A stretch of DNA of 64,000 nt from Bacteroidales bacterium. Its GTDB lineage: Bacteria > Bacteroidota > Bacteroidia > Bacteroidales > UBA932. The notes below the pieces were generated by a model that did no database searches, was not told the DNA's origin, and was given only the letters and a program-made list of their open reading frames with translations. This document shows positions 46,126-55,833 of this stretch, in pieces. Numbering within the stretch: position 1 is the stretch's first letter; every line of letters begins with the position of its first letter. The stretch lies in assembly GCA_045617505.1 (NCBI GenBank), contig JAZLIS010000103.1, positions 41,424 through 105,423 on the forward strand, given 5' to 3'. The position numbers and the translations under genes are program-made.

Positions 46126-47139
46126 TCAAAACAGATTCTGATTATGCCTGCGGCTGACGATCACATAGATTATGACCGGAGCGCATATTATCGGCGTTAT
46201 TGCATTCAGGGGAAGGGGCTGACCGCCTCCCGGCAGGACCGTCAGCAGGTTGCACAGCAGAGCGATTCCCGCTCCCGTCAGGATGGTTGCAGGCACCAGC
46301 CGGATATGGTTCGAGGTCCCCAGCGTCAGGCGGGCCATATGGGGTACCGCAAGACCTATGAATGAGACGGGTCCGCAGAATGCCGTGACAACTGCCGTGA
46401 GAAGGCCGGTGCAGAGCAGTATCAGTACTCTCGCCCTTTCGATTCTGATTCCCAGGTTGGCCGCATACGCCTCACCGAGGAGCAGTGCGTTCAGAGGTTT
46501 TATCAGGAGAATGGAGAGCAGCAGCCCGGTGGTGGACACAGCCGTAAAGACCGGAAGTTTCTCCACAGACACGCTCCCGAAATCCCCCATCCCCCACATC
46601 ACGTACTGATGGACGGTATCCGCAGCGGCCCTGTAGTTCAATATGGATATGACGGATGAAGCCAGATATCCCACCATTATCCCGATTATCAGAAGCATCA
46701 CGTTACTTCTCACTTTCCGGGAGAACCGGATTATGAGCGCCAGAATCGCGGCTGCGCCGATAAAAGCGGAAATTATAATGGAAAAATAGCTGCTTGTCCC
46801 AAGATAAATCATCACGACTGCCACCCCAAGATTGGCTCCGTCGCTGATTCCGAGGATTGAGGGGCCCGCCAGGGGATTTCTGAAAAGTGTCTGGAGCATT
46901 AGGCCGCTCACCGCTAGGCCGGCTCCCGCAACAGCGGCAGTGACAGTCTGAGGAAGCCTGCTCTGGAGTATGATGTCTCGCCAGGTAGATTTCCCCGTAT
47001 AATTGCCCACAAGGATATCGAGCACGTCTCCGACGGGAATGTGAACGGCTCCGTAAATCAGGCTTGTCAGGAACAGCAGAACCACAGCAAGGGAAGGGAG
47101 CAGAATTCTCAATGTACCTTTTGTGTCAATTCTATTCAT
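46126..47139 (-). CDS. ABC transporter permease (BtuC/FecCD type)
   Basis: 337 aa with about 9-10 TM helices, in a FecCD-like pattern. Confidence 0.85.
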   Translation of the reverse strand: MNRIDTKGTLRILLPSLAVVLLFLTSLIYGAVHIPVGDVLDILVGNYTGKSTWRDIILQSRLPQTVTAAVAGAGLAVSGLMLQTLFRNPLAGPSILGISDGANLGVAVVMIYLGTSSYFSIIISAFIGAAAILALIIRFSRKVRSNVMLLIIGIMVGYLASSVISILNYRAAADTVHQYVMWGMGDFGSVSVEKLPVFTAVSTTGLLLSILLIKPLNALLLGEAYAANLGIRIERARVLILLCTGLLTAVVTAFCGPVSFIGLAVPHMARLTLGTSNHIRLVPATILTGAGIALLCNLLTVLPGGGQPLPLNAITPIICAPVIIYVIVSRRHNQNLF

Positions 47140-48277
47140 CGGTTTTCAACGGAAAGTAGTATAGAGGCTTGTGGTCAGGCAGCAGTTCCGGGTGATAAAT
47201 ATGGATAAAATCCGCCAGAATCGAGTCCGGATGGAGCGAAATGTCATCGTAATATGTGGTGGAGCCGGTATTGCAGGCATAGACTGAACGGGTTTGAAAT
47301 GCCTTGAAAGATTTATAAGGAGGATAATCCGCCCCCAGGCCTCCGTATGTCAGGGGCGAAATGGAATTGTACTTGACAAGCCAGAAATCCGCATCCGCCG
47401 CCCTTTCAAGCACTGTCTCAAACGGCAGGGGTACGCTGCCGCCTCCCCGCAGTTCACTGAACAGATAATCAGCCCCCGCATCCCTGTGCAACATTCCGAC
47501 ATAGTTGTCACCGGAAGGCATCGGCCACTGCCCTCCATATCTTCTTTCAAGCATCACCGTCGGCCTCTCCACAGCCGTGGCGGCAAGTTGTCTCAACTCG
47601 TTGTAACGTCTCTCAGTCAGGCTGAAAAGCGAATCCCCCTCAGCCTCCTTGCCGAACAGACGGCTGAAGAACCGTATCCATTCGGCCCGACCGAGAGGAT
47701 GCCTCTCCATATAATCCGCCGCCTCTATTATGGGAATCCCTGTCTTTTCCGCCGTTCCGTAGCCGCTGTTCTCAAAGGGAGAGGCGATTATGGCCTCCGC
47801 CTCCATCTCCAGGATTTTCTCGACGTTCGGGGAGGTTGACTGTCCCAAATCCGCTATGACACCGCTTTCCACCAGACTGCGGGTCTCCTTCGAGGTGACA
47901 TATTCCTTCTCGCAGATTCCGCAGACATTTCTTAGGCATCCCATCTGCTCCAGCAGCGAGGCCACAGTCGTCGTGTAGATTGCCGCCTTCTGTACCGGTG
48001 TCCTGACAAGGATTCCTTCGGGGAGATTGTCGGGCAACGCCGCTTCACGGTCAACCAGGATATACAGGCGTCTGATCCGAAGAGTGTCCCAGGGATCCCG
48101 CAGGAAGACCGCAGTATATCCTTCACACTCCGTTATCCGGAAACCGGCGGCATAGTGCAGAGGAACTTCCGTACCGGGCACTTCTCCATAACCAGGCCCC
48201 CCACCACGACAGCCGCATAGAGCGGCTGTCAGAAGCAGGGCCACAATCAATCTTCTGGTATATGGCAATCCGTTCAT
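47132..48277 (-). CDS. periplasmic-binding-protein-type substrate-binding lipoprotein (BtuF/FecB-like)
   Basis: I chose the start at ATG 48277 (MNGLPYTRRLIVALLLTAALCGC, which has a lipobox). The track's 5' extension overlaps the TonB-receptor gene. Confidence 0.8.
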   Translation of the reverse strand: MNGLPYTRRLIVALLLTAALCGCRGGGPGYGEVPGTEVPLHYAAGFRITECEGYTAVFLRDPWDTLRIRRLYILVDREAALPDNLPEGILVRTPVQKAAIYTTTVASLLEQMGCLRNVCGICEKEYVTSKETRSLVESGVIADLGQSTSPNVEKILEMEAEAIIASPFENSGYGTAEKTGIPIIEAADYMERHPLGRAEWIRFFSRLFGKEAEGDSLFSLTERRYNELRQLAATAVERPTVMLERRYGGQWPMPSGDNYVGMLHRDAGADYLFSELRGGGSVPLPFETVLERAADADFWLVKYNSISPLTYGGLGADYPPYKSFKAFQTRSVYACNTGSTTYYDDISLHPDSILADFIHIYHPELLPDHKPLYYFPLKTDE

Positions 48278-48279
48278 AG

Positions 48280-50118
48280 TCAGAATCTGTATTCCACCCC
48301 GCCAATTATGCTTGCACCGGGCATCGGATATCCTGATACCATCTCGTATCTGCAATTGAAAATATTCTTTCCCATAATGCTGAAAGTGAAGTACTTCAGC
48401 GACTTGCTCAAGGTGGCATCGACAGTGGTCCAGGCCGGAATGTCCACTCCATAGGCGTCGGTTGACAGGGAATGGGCGTTCACCATTGCCGCAAAGCGCC
48501 ATCCCCGGAATCCGGCCGTCACATTCACGACCGTCCTGTGCTTCGAGTGATACGGAATCTTAGTCCCGGCTTCCAGAGTATAACGCACGTTCAATCCGCA
48601 GTTCCAATCACCTTTTTTGAAGCCGGAACCGGCACTTGCATCCAGACCGTAGATTTTCGCCGTTTCGAGATTATACATCATCCAGATGAACGGATCTTCG
48701 GTCGGGGCAGATATAATCTTGTCCTTCAAATAGTTGAAATATCCGTCCACGCTTGCTTCGAACGACCATCCCCCTTCCGCGACGGTTTTGGCAGAAATCC
48801 CCGCCTCTGTCATCCAGGCATCTTCGGGCTTCAGGTCAGGATTGCCGATTCCCGCGTAATAGAGTTCGTTGAAATCGGGGACCCGGTATGCGCGCCGCCC
48901 GGAGGCGGTGACACTCAGCCATTTCGTCGGCAGGAACCGCAAAGCCAGAAGCGGAGTGAAGCAATTGTACCTTGCAGCCCCCTTGTCGAAGGCACCTATA
49001 TAGTTTGCCGAGGCTTCGGCCTTGAATTTTTCGAGATTGACCACCGCGGCGGCTCTTGTTTCAGCGCTCGCCCTGTAAGCGTTGTAATTGTCGGAATCAA
49101 GTCCCGTCCAGCCGAAATGAGCGTCGGCATCGAATGACAACGCCTTCGTCACCTTGAAATTATTGTCGGCATTGATCTGGATGTCCTTCTGACGATAGTC
49201 ATTCTCATATCGGTCAGTGCCATACCAGCCCTTGTAAACCAGCCTGTCGAAAGCGACCTTTGCAGTCAGTTTTGTGGAATACCAGTCGTTGACGTTTCTT
49301 CTGAAGGAGCCCTGTACAAAAGTGTTCAGGTCTTTCTGCCTGTCCTCCGACAGATAGGTCACCGCGCCGGGACAACCCCGTTCAGCCGCATTGAAATAGG
49401 CCTTCACCCGCCAGTCACCGCTTCCGTCCTTCAAATCCCCGAAAACATCAATTCCGGCCTTGCCCTGTTTCATATCATTGTTGTCCCGCCTGACATCCCC
49501 CGACTCGGACAACGGGTCTGCATATTTGAAATCACCTTTGTAGAATGTTCCCCTTCCATAGGCGGACATCACAACCCTCTCCCCGACCCTCCAGTTGAAC
49601 CTGGCAGCCGGGACGTATGTCCCGAACGAGCCTCCGCTGAAGGATACCTTCCCGCTGAAATCCTTTCCGAACTCGAACATCGGCTTTGCCGTCACCAGGT
49701 TCACCCGGCCCCGGACATAATCCACGTTCACGGCATCGACACCCTCCATACCGAGCAGCCCGAGGTCAATCTGTCCAGACTTTGTCTCATTCACCTTCAC
49801 CCCGTCTATTCTGATATCCGCATAGCCCGGACTCATACCCCTTATTATTATGGTCTTCTGGCTGGAAAGACCGCCATAGTCATTGAGATGGATTCCCGGA
49901 ATCTGCTGAATCATCTCCCCCATTCCGCCCGGGACGGAAATCCTGACAGTGTCCACACGTGACACCGGCACATACCTGTCCGCAGCGACCACCGTGGCTG
50001 CAAGAGTGTCTGTTACATCATAATAATCGATTGACAGAGAATCCCTTGTATTCTCTGAAGAGAAAGCGGAGACGGCACAAAGACACATCATCCCCGCAAC
50101 AGTAAGATTTTTGAACAT
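48280..50118 (-). CDS. btuB: TonB-dependent receptor, BtuB-like
   Basis: 612 aa with a signal peptide, plug domain, beta-barrel and terminal GGVEYRF. A cobalamin riboswitch lies directly upstream. Confidence 0.8.
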   Translation of the reverse strand: MFKNLTVAGMMCLCAVSAFSSENTRDSLSIDYYDVTDTLAATVVAADRYVPVSRVDTVRISVPGGMGEMIQQIPGIHLNDYGGLSSQKTIIIRGMSPGYADIRIDGVKVNETKSGQIDLGLLGMEGVDAVNVDYVRGRVNLVTAKPMFEFGKDFSGKVSFSGGSFGTYVPAARFNWRVGERVVMSAYGRGTFYKGDFKYADPLSESGDVRRDNNDMKQGKAGIDVFGDLKDGSGDWRVKAYFNAAERGCPGAVTYLSEDRQKDLNTFVQGSFRRNVNDWYSTKLTAKVAFDRLVYKGWYGTDRYENDYRQKDIQINADNNFKVTKALSFDADAHFGWTGLDSDNYNAYRASAETRAAAVVNLEKFKAEASANYIGAFDKGAARYNCFTPLLALRFLPTKWLSVTASGRRAYRVPDFNELYYAGIGNPDLKPEDAWMTEAGISAKTVAEGGWSFEASVDGYFNYLKDKIISAPTEDPFIWMMYNLETAKIYGLDASAGSGFKKGDWNCGLNVRYTLEAGTKIPYHSKHRTVVNVTAGFRGWRFAAMVNAHSLSTDAYGVDIPAWTTVDATLSKSLKYFTFSIMGKNIFNCRYEMVSGYPMPGASIIGGVEYRF

Positions 50119-50129
50119 AAAAACGTCTT

Positions 50130-50315
50130 TACGAGTGCCTGCCCCCGGGCCCTCTTCGTTTGACTTTGCTATGCCAGGTCTTCTGACTCGTCCTTCACAC
50201 GCGCCTTCCCATCGAAATGACAGTGGCTAAGAGTGCGTATGTATCCATAGGACTTACAGCTGCGGGCACAGTTCAGGTCTTGCACCTGATTCCCTTGACC
50301 ATAACCTGCCGCAAA
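50130..50315 (-). promoter_or_regulatory. cobalamin (B12) riboswitch
   Basis: The minus strand reads ...AAGGGAATCAGGTGCAAGACCTGAACTGTGCCCGCAGCTGTAAG...GCCACTG...GGGAAGGCG...AGTCAGAAGACCTGGCA (B12 box), directly 5' of btuB. Confidence 0.85.
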
Positions 50316-50342
50316 GATACAAAACATTCTTTTTTGCTCAAA
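50312..50342 (-). promoter_or_regulatory. promoter TTTG-N19-TATCTTTG for the riboswitch/btuB operon
   Basis: The minus-strand TATCTTTG box is at 50319-50312 and TTTG at 50342-50339. Confidence 0.5.
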
Positions 50343-50391
50343 AAAATCTTGGAAGAATAGAAAAATAATACATATATTTGCACTCCCGAAA

Positions 50392-50476
50392 GGAGAGATG
50401 GTAGAGTGGTCTATTACGGCAGTCTTGAAAACTGTTGAGGTGAGAGCCTCCGGGGGTTCGAATCCCTCTCTCTCCG
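50392..50476 (+). tRNA. tRNA-Ser (anticodon UGA)
   Basis: Acceptor stem GGAGAGA/TCTCTCC, anticodon loop CTTGAAA, long variable arm and T-loop GGTTCGAAT. No CCA is encoded. A TATATTTG -7 box lies at 50373-50380. Confidence 0.9.
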
Positions 50477-50517
50477 CAAGAATGGTTGAAAATCAATGAT
50501 TTACACCATTTACGCAT

Positions 50518-50555
50518 AAAAATACGCATACGTTTTACGATGTATGCGTATTTTT
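50518..50555 (+). terminator. rho-independent terminator after tRNA-Ser
   Basis: AAAAATACGCATA - 12-nt loop - TATGCGTATTTTT. Confidence 0.7.
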
Positions 50556-50629
50556 ATTGTTTTTACCTCACTTGTCGAATGTCATAGCTTGTTGCTTATG
50601 GCTGGGGTACCTGAGCAGTTACACGTCAT

Positions 50630-51412
50630 CTATTTCGGTAGGTGGAACGCCTCTGACATCTCCTTCATCTGAGCATCGGTCATTCCTTCGGGCTCGAAGC
50701 CCATATTGCGGGAGGCGATGTAAATCAGGGCCGACTTGTTGAGCACGTCGATCTGGTCGAAAGCACTCATTATATCGACATCGACGGCGAACACACCGTG
50801 CTTCTCCCACATCACCACGTCATAATCCTCGTCAAGAGCCTTCAGGGTGGCATTGCCCAGTGCCACGCTGCCCGGAAGCTTGTAAGGCACCACACCAAGT
50901 CCTCTGGGGCAGAAAGCCTTGGTCTCGGGAATCATTGACCAGAGCATCCTTGTGGCGGCGTCCTTCTCGAGCCACTTCCTGCAGTGGGTCAGAGCCACCA
51001 GTTCAATGGGATGCGTATGGAGGGATGCCTTGTACGGAGAGCCCTTGGCAATCAGATGGGCGTGGACCGCAAGGTGGGAAGGAAGCTCGGAAGTCGGCAT
51101 AACAGGCTTGTCGGCAACTATCTCATAATGCGCGCAGTCGTCCGTTATCCTAATTATCGAGCCGTTGTCCATCGGGGCGTGGGCAAGGTCACGCATACGC
51201 CTGCCAGTGCCCTTGCAGTAGAAATAACACCCTTTTATTTCAGGGAGAGTCAGACCGATTTCAAAGGGGCCGGCAATGGCCGCGGCTTTTCTGATGTCCG
51301 GACCCACGGAATCCGTTATATTGACCGTTATGTTCCCGCCGTTGCGTTCGGCCCAACCTTTCTGCCAGAGGTAGCCCGCCACCTCTGCAACTTGTTCTAT
51401 CTCTTTCAGCAT
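50630..51412 (-). CDS. rhaD: rhamnulose-1-phosphate aldolase
   Basis: 260 aa, class II aldolase. The N-terminus LWQKGWAERNGGNITV and its position after rhaA support the call. Confidence 0.8.
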   Translation of the reverse strand: MLKEIEQVAEVAGYLWQKGWAERNGGNITVNITDSVGPDIRKAAAIAGPFEIGLTLPEIKGCYFYCKGTGRRMRDLAHAPMDNGSIIRITDDCAHYEIVADKPVMPTSELPSHLAVHAHLIAKGSPYKASLHTHPIELVALTHCRKWLEKDAATRMLWSMIPETKAFCPRGLGVVPYKLPGSVALGNATLKALDEDYDVVMWEKHGVFAVDVDIMSAFDQIDVLNKSALIYIASRNMGFEPEGMTDAQMKEMSEAFHLPK

Positions 51413-52644
51413 CTCTTTGAAGTAACTTCCTCAGTGTATTTGTCAATCTCTTTCATATATGCGGCTCCGACGGGAACGGACGAACGCTCGCAGAACTCGT
51501 CATAAACGTCACCCCAGGGCATCGCCTTGAATTCCTCAAGAAGAGTGAGAACCTTGTAGGTCTCACCTTGAAGCTCGTACTGCCGGATGAGTTCCACAGG
51601 CTCCAGAAGAGCGCAGAGCATACATTTCTGAGCGGTGCGGCTCCCGATTACGTAGGCTCCCACACGGTTGATGGCTCCGTCAAAATAGTCGAGGCCGTAA
51701 TGTACGCGTTCCAAAGCACCGGCACGGGCGATTTCAGAGAAGAGTTCCTGAGTTGCATCATCCTTGATGGTAACGTGGTCCGAATCCCAACGGACAGGAC
51801 GGCTGACGTGCAGCATTATTTCAGGGACGAAATTCAACAGCGCCGAAACCTTGTCCGCAGGACTCTCCGTAGGGTGATAGTGCCCCGTGTCAATCGTGGG
51901 AATCTTGCCGTTGGCCGCAGCGTATGCCGTGTAGAAATCGTGGCTGCCGACAGTGAAACTCTCAAGCCCGATTCCGAAGACCTTGCCTTCGATGCAGTCT
52001 TTCATATTGGCCTTGTGTTCGATGAATATCTTGTCGAGAGAATCCTTCAGCAGATAACGGTAGAGATAGTGATTCACGCTCTGGTCCTTGCACCCGTCGT
52101 GAACCCACACGTTCATAATGCAGGGATCATTCTGAGCGGCACCGATGGCGTCCGCTATGTCGCGGCACCGGCGGGTGTGCTCAATCCAGAAATCCCGGAT
52201 GGCCTTGTCGGGGTTGGCCAGAGAAAGATTGCCGCTCTTCGGATGAGAGAACGACGTTGAATTGAAATCAAGTTTGGTGTCGTTTTCGCGACCCCATTCA
52301 ATCCAACCCTTGAAATGCTCCACTCCCACCTCATTCCTGTCGATTTTCTGACCTCCGAACTCCCCATAGATTTCGTGGAGATTGAGGCGATGCGTACCGG
52401 GGATGAGACTTTTCGCCTTCAGTATATCATCCCGCAGTTCGTCGATATTGCGGGCCTTGCCCGGATAATTGCCGGTGGCCTGGATTCCTCCGGTCAGTTC
52501 TCCCGCACTTTCAAAGCCGGCAACGTCATCCGCCTGCCAGCAGTGCATCGAGAGGTGAAAGTCATTCATCTGTCCGAGGACCGCTTCGGTATTGATGCCG
52601 AAAGCGGTGTAGCGCTCACGCGCGATGTCGTATGCTTTGCTCAT
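51406..52644 (-). CDS. rhaA: L-rhamnose isomerase
   Basis: 412 aa with the typical RhaA size and pattern (HCWQADDV...TGNYPG). ATGA overlap with rhaB. Confidence 0.8.
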   Translation of the reverse strand: MSKAYDIARERYTAFGINTEAVLGQMNDFHLSMHCWQADDVAGFESAGELTGGIQATGNYPGKARNIDELRDDILKAKSLIPGTHRLNLHEIYGEFGGQKIDRNEVGVEHFKGWIEWGRENDTKLDFNSTSFSHPKSGNLSLANPDKAIRDFWIEHTRRCRDIADAIGAAQNDPCIMNVWVHDGCKDQSVNHYLYRYLLKDSLDKIFIEHKANMKDCIEGKVFGIGLESFTVGSHDFYTAYAAANGKIPTIDTGHYHPTESPADKVSALLNFVPEIMLHVSRPVRWDSDHVTIKDDATQELFSEIARAGALERVHYGLDYFDGAINRVGAYVIGSRTAQKCMLCALLEPVELIRQYELQGETYKVLTLLEEFKAMPWGDVYDEFCERSSVPVGAAYMKEIDKYTEEVTSKRC

Positions 52645-54026
52645 TTTGGTATATATGTTTTTATATCAATATTCTCTGCAATCTGCTCCCTCGTCAGTCC
52701 GGCCTGGACCATTACGTTGCCCAGAGCGGTTCCTTCTGCGGGGCCGGCAATCACCTTCACTCCGCAGGCGTCGGCGGTCATCTGATTGAGAAGAGTGTTC
52801 TGCGAGCCGCCTCCGATGATATGAAGCACCTCTATCGGGTGTCCCGCAATCTTCTCAAGAGCCCTGAACACCTCCGCATACTTCGAGGCGAGGGAATCGT
52901 AGATGAGCCTCACCAGAGAAGCGTCGTCGGCCGGGGTGGAATAGCCGTGAGAAATGCACCATCCGCGGATTGCTTCCGGCATATCCGTCGGGGATGCGAA
53001 TTCCTTGGCATCGGGATCGATGACGAACCCCGACGGGGCTGATGAGCCGGCCATCTCCCTGATTTCGTCGTATGAATAGGCGCGCCCATCCCCCTTCCAT
53101 TTTGCCAGACACTGTTCGAGGAGCCACATCCCGGTAATATTCTTCAGAAGGGTAATGGTTCCCCCTACCCCGCCTTCGTTGGTATAGTTCATCTCGAACA
53201 TCTGCTGACTGATTACGGGTTTATCCACCTCTATTCCCATAAGTGACCAGGTACCGCTGCTCAAATAGGCGAAATTCTTCTCCCGGGCAGGCACGGCGGC
53301 CACCGCGGAAGCGGTGTCGTGACCGGCAACGGCCTTCACGGGAACGCAGCCCAGACCTGTGGATTCCGCAAAGCCCGGCTTGAGTGTGCCTATCACATCT
53401 CCGGGGAATACCAACTCCGCGAAACGGGATGCATCCAGACCGCACAGCGCAAGAATGGAGCCGTCCAGTTCCTTGGTTCGGGGATTCATCAACGCAGATG
53501 TACTTAGAATCGTATATTCACAAGCCATTTTTCCCGTAAGCATATAGGAGAGCAGGTCTGGCATAAAGAGTATCTTGTCAGCGTTGTCCAGCCCCCCGTC
53601 AAGAGACTGGGCATAGAGCTGGAAGACGGAATTGAAATTCATTATCTGGATACCGGTGCGGCCGTAGAGGTCCGCCCGGCTCATCTTCTCGAGAAAAGCC
53701 TCTTGCGCCGCAAACGAGTACGGGTCGCGGTACGCTCGCGGCAGTCCTGCCAGATTGCCATTCCTGTCTATTCCGGCAAAATCGACACCCCAGGTATCGA
53801 TACCGATGGATTCGACTTTGACTTTTCTCTCTCCGGCAATCCTCAACCCCTTGAGAATATTGTCGAAGATATTGTTGACATCCCAATGGTAGCGCCCCTC
53901 CCTTTCAACGAGAGGAGTCGGAAAACGATGTAGTGTCTCCATTTCAACGTGACCTCCCTCCGAAGTCCCGGATAGAATGACGCGGCCGCTCGTGGCACCC
54001 AAATCAATGGCTATGTAGTATTTCAT
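52641..54026 (-). CDS. rhaB: rhamnulokinase (FGGY family)
   Basis: 461 aa with the N-terminus YIAIDLGATSGRV and FGGY C-terminal motifs. Confidence 0.8.
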   Translation of the reverse strand: MKYYIAIDLGATSGRVILSGTSEGGHVEMETLHRFPTPLVEREGRYHWDVNNIFDNILKGLRIAGERKVKVESIGIDTWGVDFAGIDRNGNLAGLPRAYRDPYSFAAQEAFLEKMSRADLYGRTGIQIMNFNSVFQLYAQSLDGGLDNADKILFMPDLLSYMLTGKMACEYTILSTSALMNPRTKELDGSILALCGLDASRFAELVFPGDVIGTLKPGFAESTGLGCVPVKAVAGHDTASAVAAVPAREKNFAYLSSGTWSLMGIEVDKPVISQQMFEMNYTNEGGVGGTITLLKNITGMWLLEQCLAKWKGDGRAYSYDEIREMAGSSAPSGFVIDPDAKEFASPTDMPEAIRGWCISHGYSTPADDASLVRLIYDSLASKYAEVFRALEKIAGHPIEVLHIIGGGSQNTLLNQMTADACGVKVIAGPAEGTALGNVMVQAGLTREQIAENIDIKTYIPK

Positions 54027-54087
54027 ACCTCAAATTTACATTTTTATTTGAAAAATTGTATATTTGTAAGCTATAAAACTGACAACC

Positions 54088-55833
54088 ATGAGTGAAGACC
54101 TTAACCCCATTGCTCCTGCCGGGCAATCTGTAGAATCTGTAGAACAGGAAGAAATCATCGATTATTCAAACAAAGGACTGAAGGAGATAATCGACATTTT
54201 CCAGAACCTTCTGGAAACGGCCGACAATCAGCAGCAGTACAAACACGCGGAAGCGCTCAAGGCGGCCTTCTACAAGACTCTTCGCAAAGAGAAAATCGCC
54301 GCCGGTCTGGAACAGCCCGAGGAAGGGGCGCCCAGCCCGTTCGATGAAGTGGAGAGAGGCTTTAAGGAACTCTACGGAAAATACAAGGAGCGCAGGAGCG
54401 AATACCTTCGGGAACAGGACATTCACAAGGAGGAGAACCTCAAGGAGAAGCTCTCTATAATCGAGGATCTCAAAGCCCTTTTGGACAAACAGGAGGACAT
54501 AAGCCAGACTTTTCCCCTTTTCAGGGAGATTCAGAACAGGTGGAGAGCCGTGGGTCCCGTCGCCCAGAACAAGGTGAAAGACCTCTACGACACCTACCAG
54601 CACTATGTGGAGATGTTCTATGACTACCTGAAGATCAACCGCGAGATGCGTGACCTGGACTTCAGGAAGAATATGGAAATAAAGGAAGAACTCTGCCGTC
54701 AGGCCGAAGCCTTGGCGGAAATGGAGAACGTGGTGGAGGCATTCAGGGAACTGCAGAAACTCCACGAGCAGTGGAAGGAAATCGGCCCCGTCGATGCCGC
54801 CAACAGGGAGTCCATCTGGGAGAGGTTCAAAGCCGCAACTTCCGTCATCAACAAGAAGCATCAGGAATACTTTGAGGGGCAGAAGGTCAAGGAGAAGGAG
54901 AATCTTGAGGCCAAGAGCCTGCTCTGCGAAAAGGTGGAGGTCATTGCCGCCACCGAGGTCAAGGATTCCAATATGTGGAACGACCTGTCCAAGCAGATAG
55001 AGGATATCCAAAAAGAGTGGAAGAGCATAGGCTTTGCCACAAGAAAGGAGAACCAGAAGATATATGACCGCTTCCGCGCCGCCTGCGACGATTTCTTTGC
55101 ACGCAAGCGGGAGTTCTACGCCGAATTCAAGGACAAAATGCAGGAGAATGTGGCAAAGAAGATGGCACTGATTGAAAAAGCCGAGGCACTGAAAGACAGT
55201 GATGATTGGAAAGCCACCAGCGACGCTCTCATCGAACTTCAGCGGCAGTGGAAGGAGATCGGCCCCGTTACACGCAAGAAATCGGAACAGATCTGGAAGC
55301 GTTTCCGCGCCGCCTGCGATGAGTTCTACAACAGGCGTGACGCTCAGAGAGGCGCATCTTCTTCCGATCAGGCCGAGAACCTTGAGAAGAAGAAGGCATT
55401 GATTGCAGAAATCAATGAGTTCGTTGTGGAGGGAAGCGATGCGGCAAGAGCGGCTTTCAAAGAGTTCCGCGAGAGATGGAACAGCATAGGTTTCGTTCCC
55501 CTCAAGGAGAAGGAAAATATTCAGAACGAATTCCGCAACGCACTGAACGAAAAGTTTGCACAGTTCCGCGAAGGAGCCGGACGTCTGGCATACAAGGCGG
55601 AGAGAGCCGTAAAGAGCGAAAGGGACAGGCTCGTCCAGAAATATCTGAAGAAAGAGCAGGACATAGCCACATGGGAGAACAATATCGGATTCTTCGCAAA
55701 GAGCAAGAATGCCGAAGCCCTTCTCAAGAACTTGCGCAAGGAAATCGACAGAGCAAAGAAGGATCTGGCCGAACTTGAGGCCCAGATTAAAGAATTCGAC
55801 AAACAGGAACAAGACGGACAGCAGCAGAGATGA
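54088..55833 (+). CDS. DUF349 repeat protein
   Basis: 581 aa, very rich in E, K and Q. At least five copies of the W(K/R/N)xIG(P/F)(V/A) repeat are present (RWRAVGPV, QWKEIGPV, EWKSIGFA, QWKEIGPV, RWNSIGFV). Confidence 0.75.
   Translation: MSEDLNPIAPAGQSVESVEQEEIIDYSNKGLKEIIDIFQNLLETADNQQQYKHAEALKAAFYKTLRKEKIAAGLEQPEEGAPSPFDEVERGFKELYGKYKERRSEYLREQDIHKEENLKEKLSIIEDLKALLDKQEDISQTFPLFREIQNRWRAVGPVAQNKVKDLYDTYQHYVEMFYDYLKINREMRDLDFRKNMEIKEELCRQAEALAEMENVVEAFRELQKLHEQWKEIGPVDAANRESIWERFKAATSVINKKHQEYFEGQKVKEKENLEAKSLLCEKVEVIAATEVKDSNMWNDLSKQIEDIQKEWKSIGFATRKENQKIYDRFRAACDDFFARKREFYAEFKDKMQENVAKKMALIEKAEALKDSDDWKATSDALIELQRQWKEIGPVTRKKSEQIWKRFRAACDEFYNRRDAQRGASSSDQAENLEKKKALIAEINEFVVEGSDAARAAFKEFRERWNSIGFVPLKEKENIQNEFRNALNEKFAQFREGAGRLAYKAERAVKSERDRLVQKYLKKEQDIATWENNIGFFAKSKNAEALLKNLRKEIDRAKKDLAELEAQIKEFDKQEQDGQQQR

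Noticed and set aside
48278-48502. 5' extensions of track ORFs: the binding-protein ORF to 48502, recQ to 21675, lysS to 45397, MFS to 24034, and others.
   Set aside because: The extensions overlap the upstream gene, start at TTG/GTG, or precede an obvious canonical N-terminus (a lipoprotein signal, or a conserved family start). In each case I adopted the internal ATG.
50338-50529. A 63-aa minus-strand ORF.
   Set aside because: It overlaps the tRNA-Ser gene and its promoter and terminator, so it is an artefact of the structured RNA region.
54166-55812. A 548-aa minus-strand ORF spanning almost the whole DUF349 gene.
   Set aside because: The sense strand is dominated by GAA/AAG/CAG codons, and their complements rarely give stop codons. 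The antisense translation is L/F-rich nonsense, while the sense strand carries the DUF349 W-x-x-IGP repeats.
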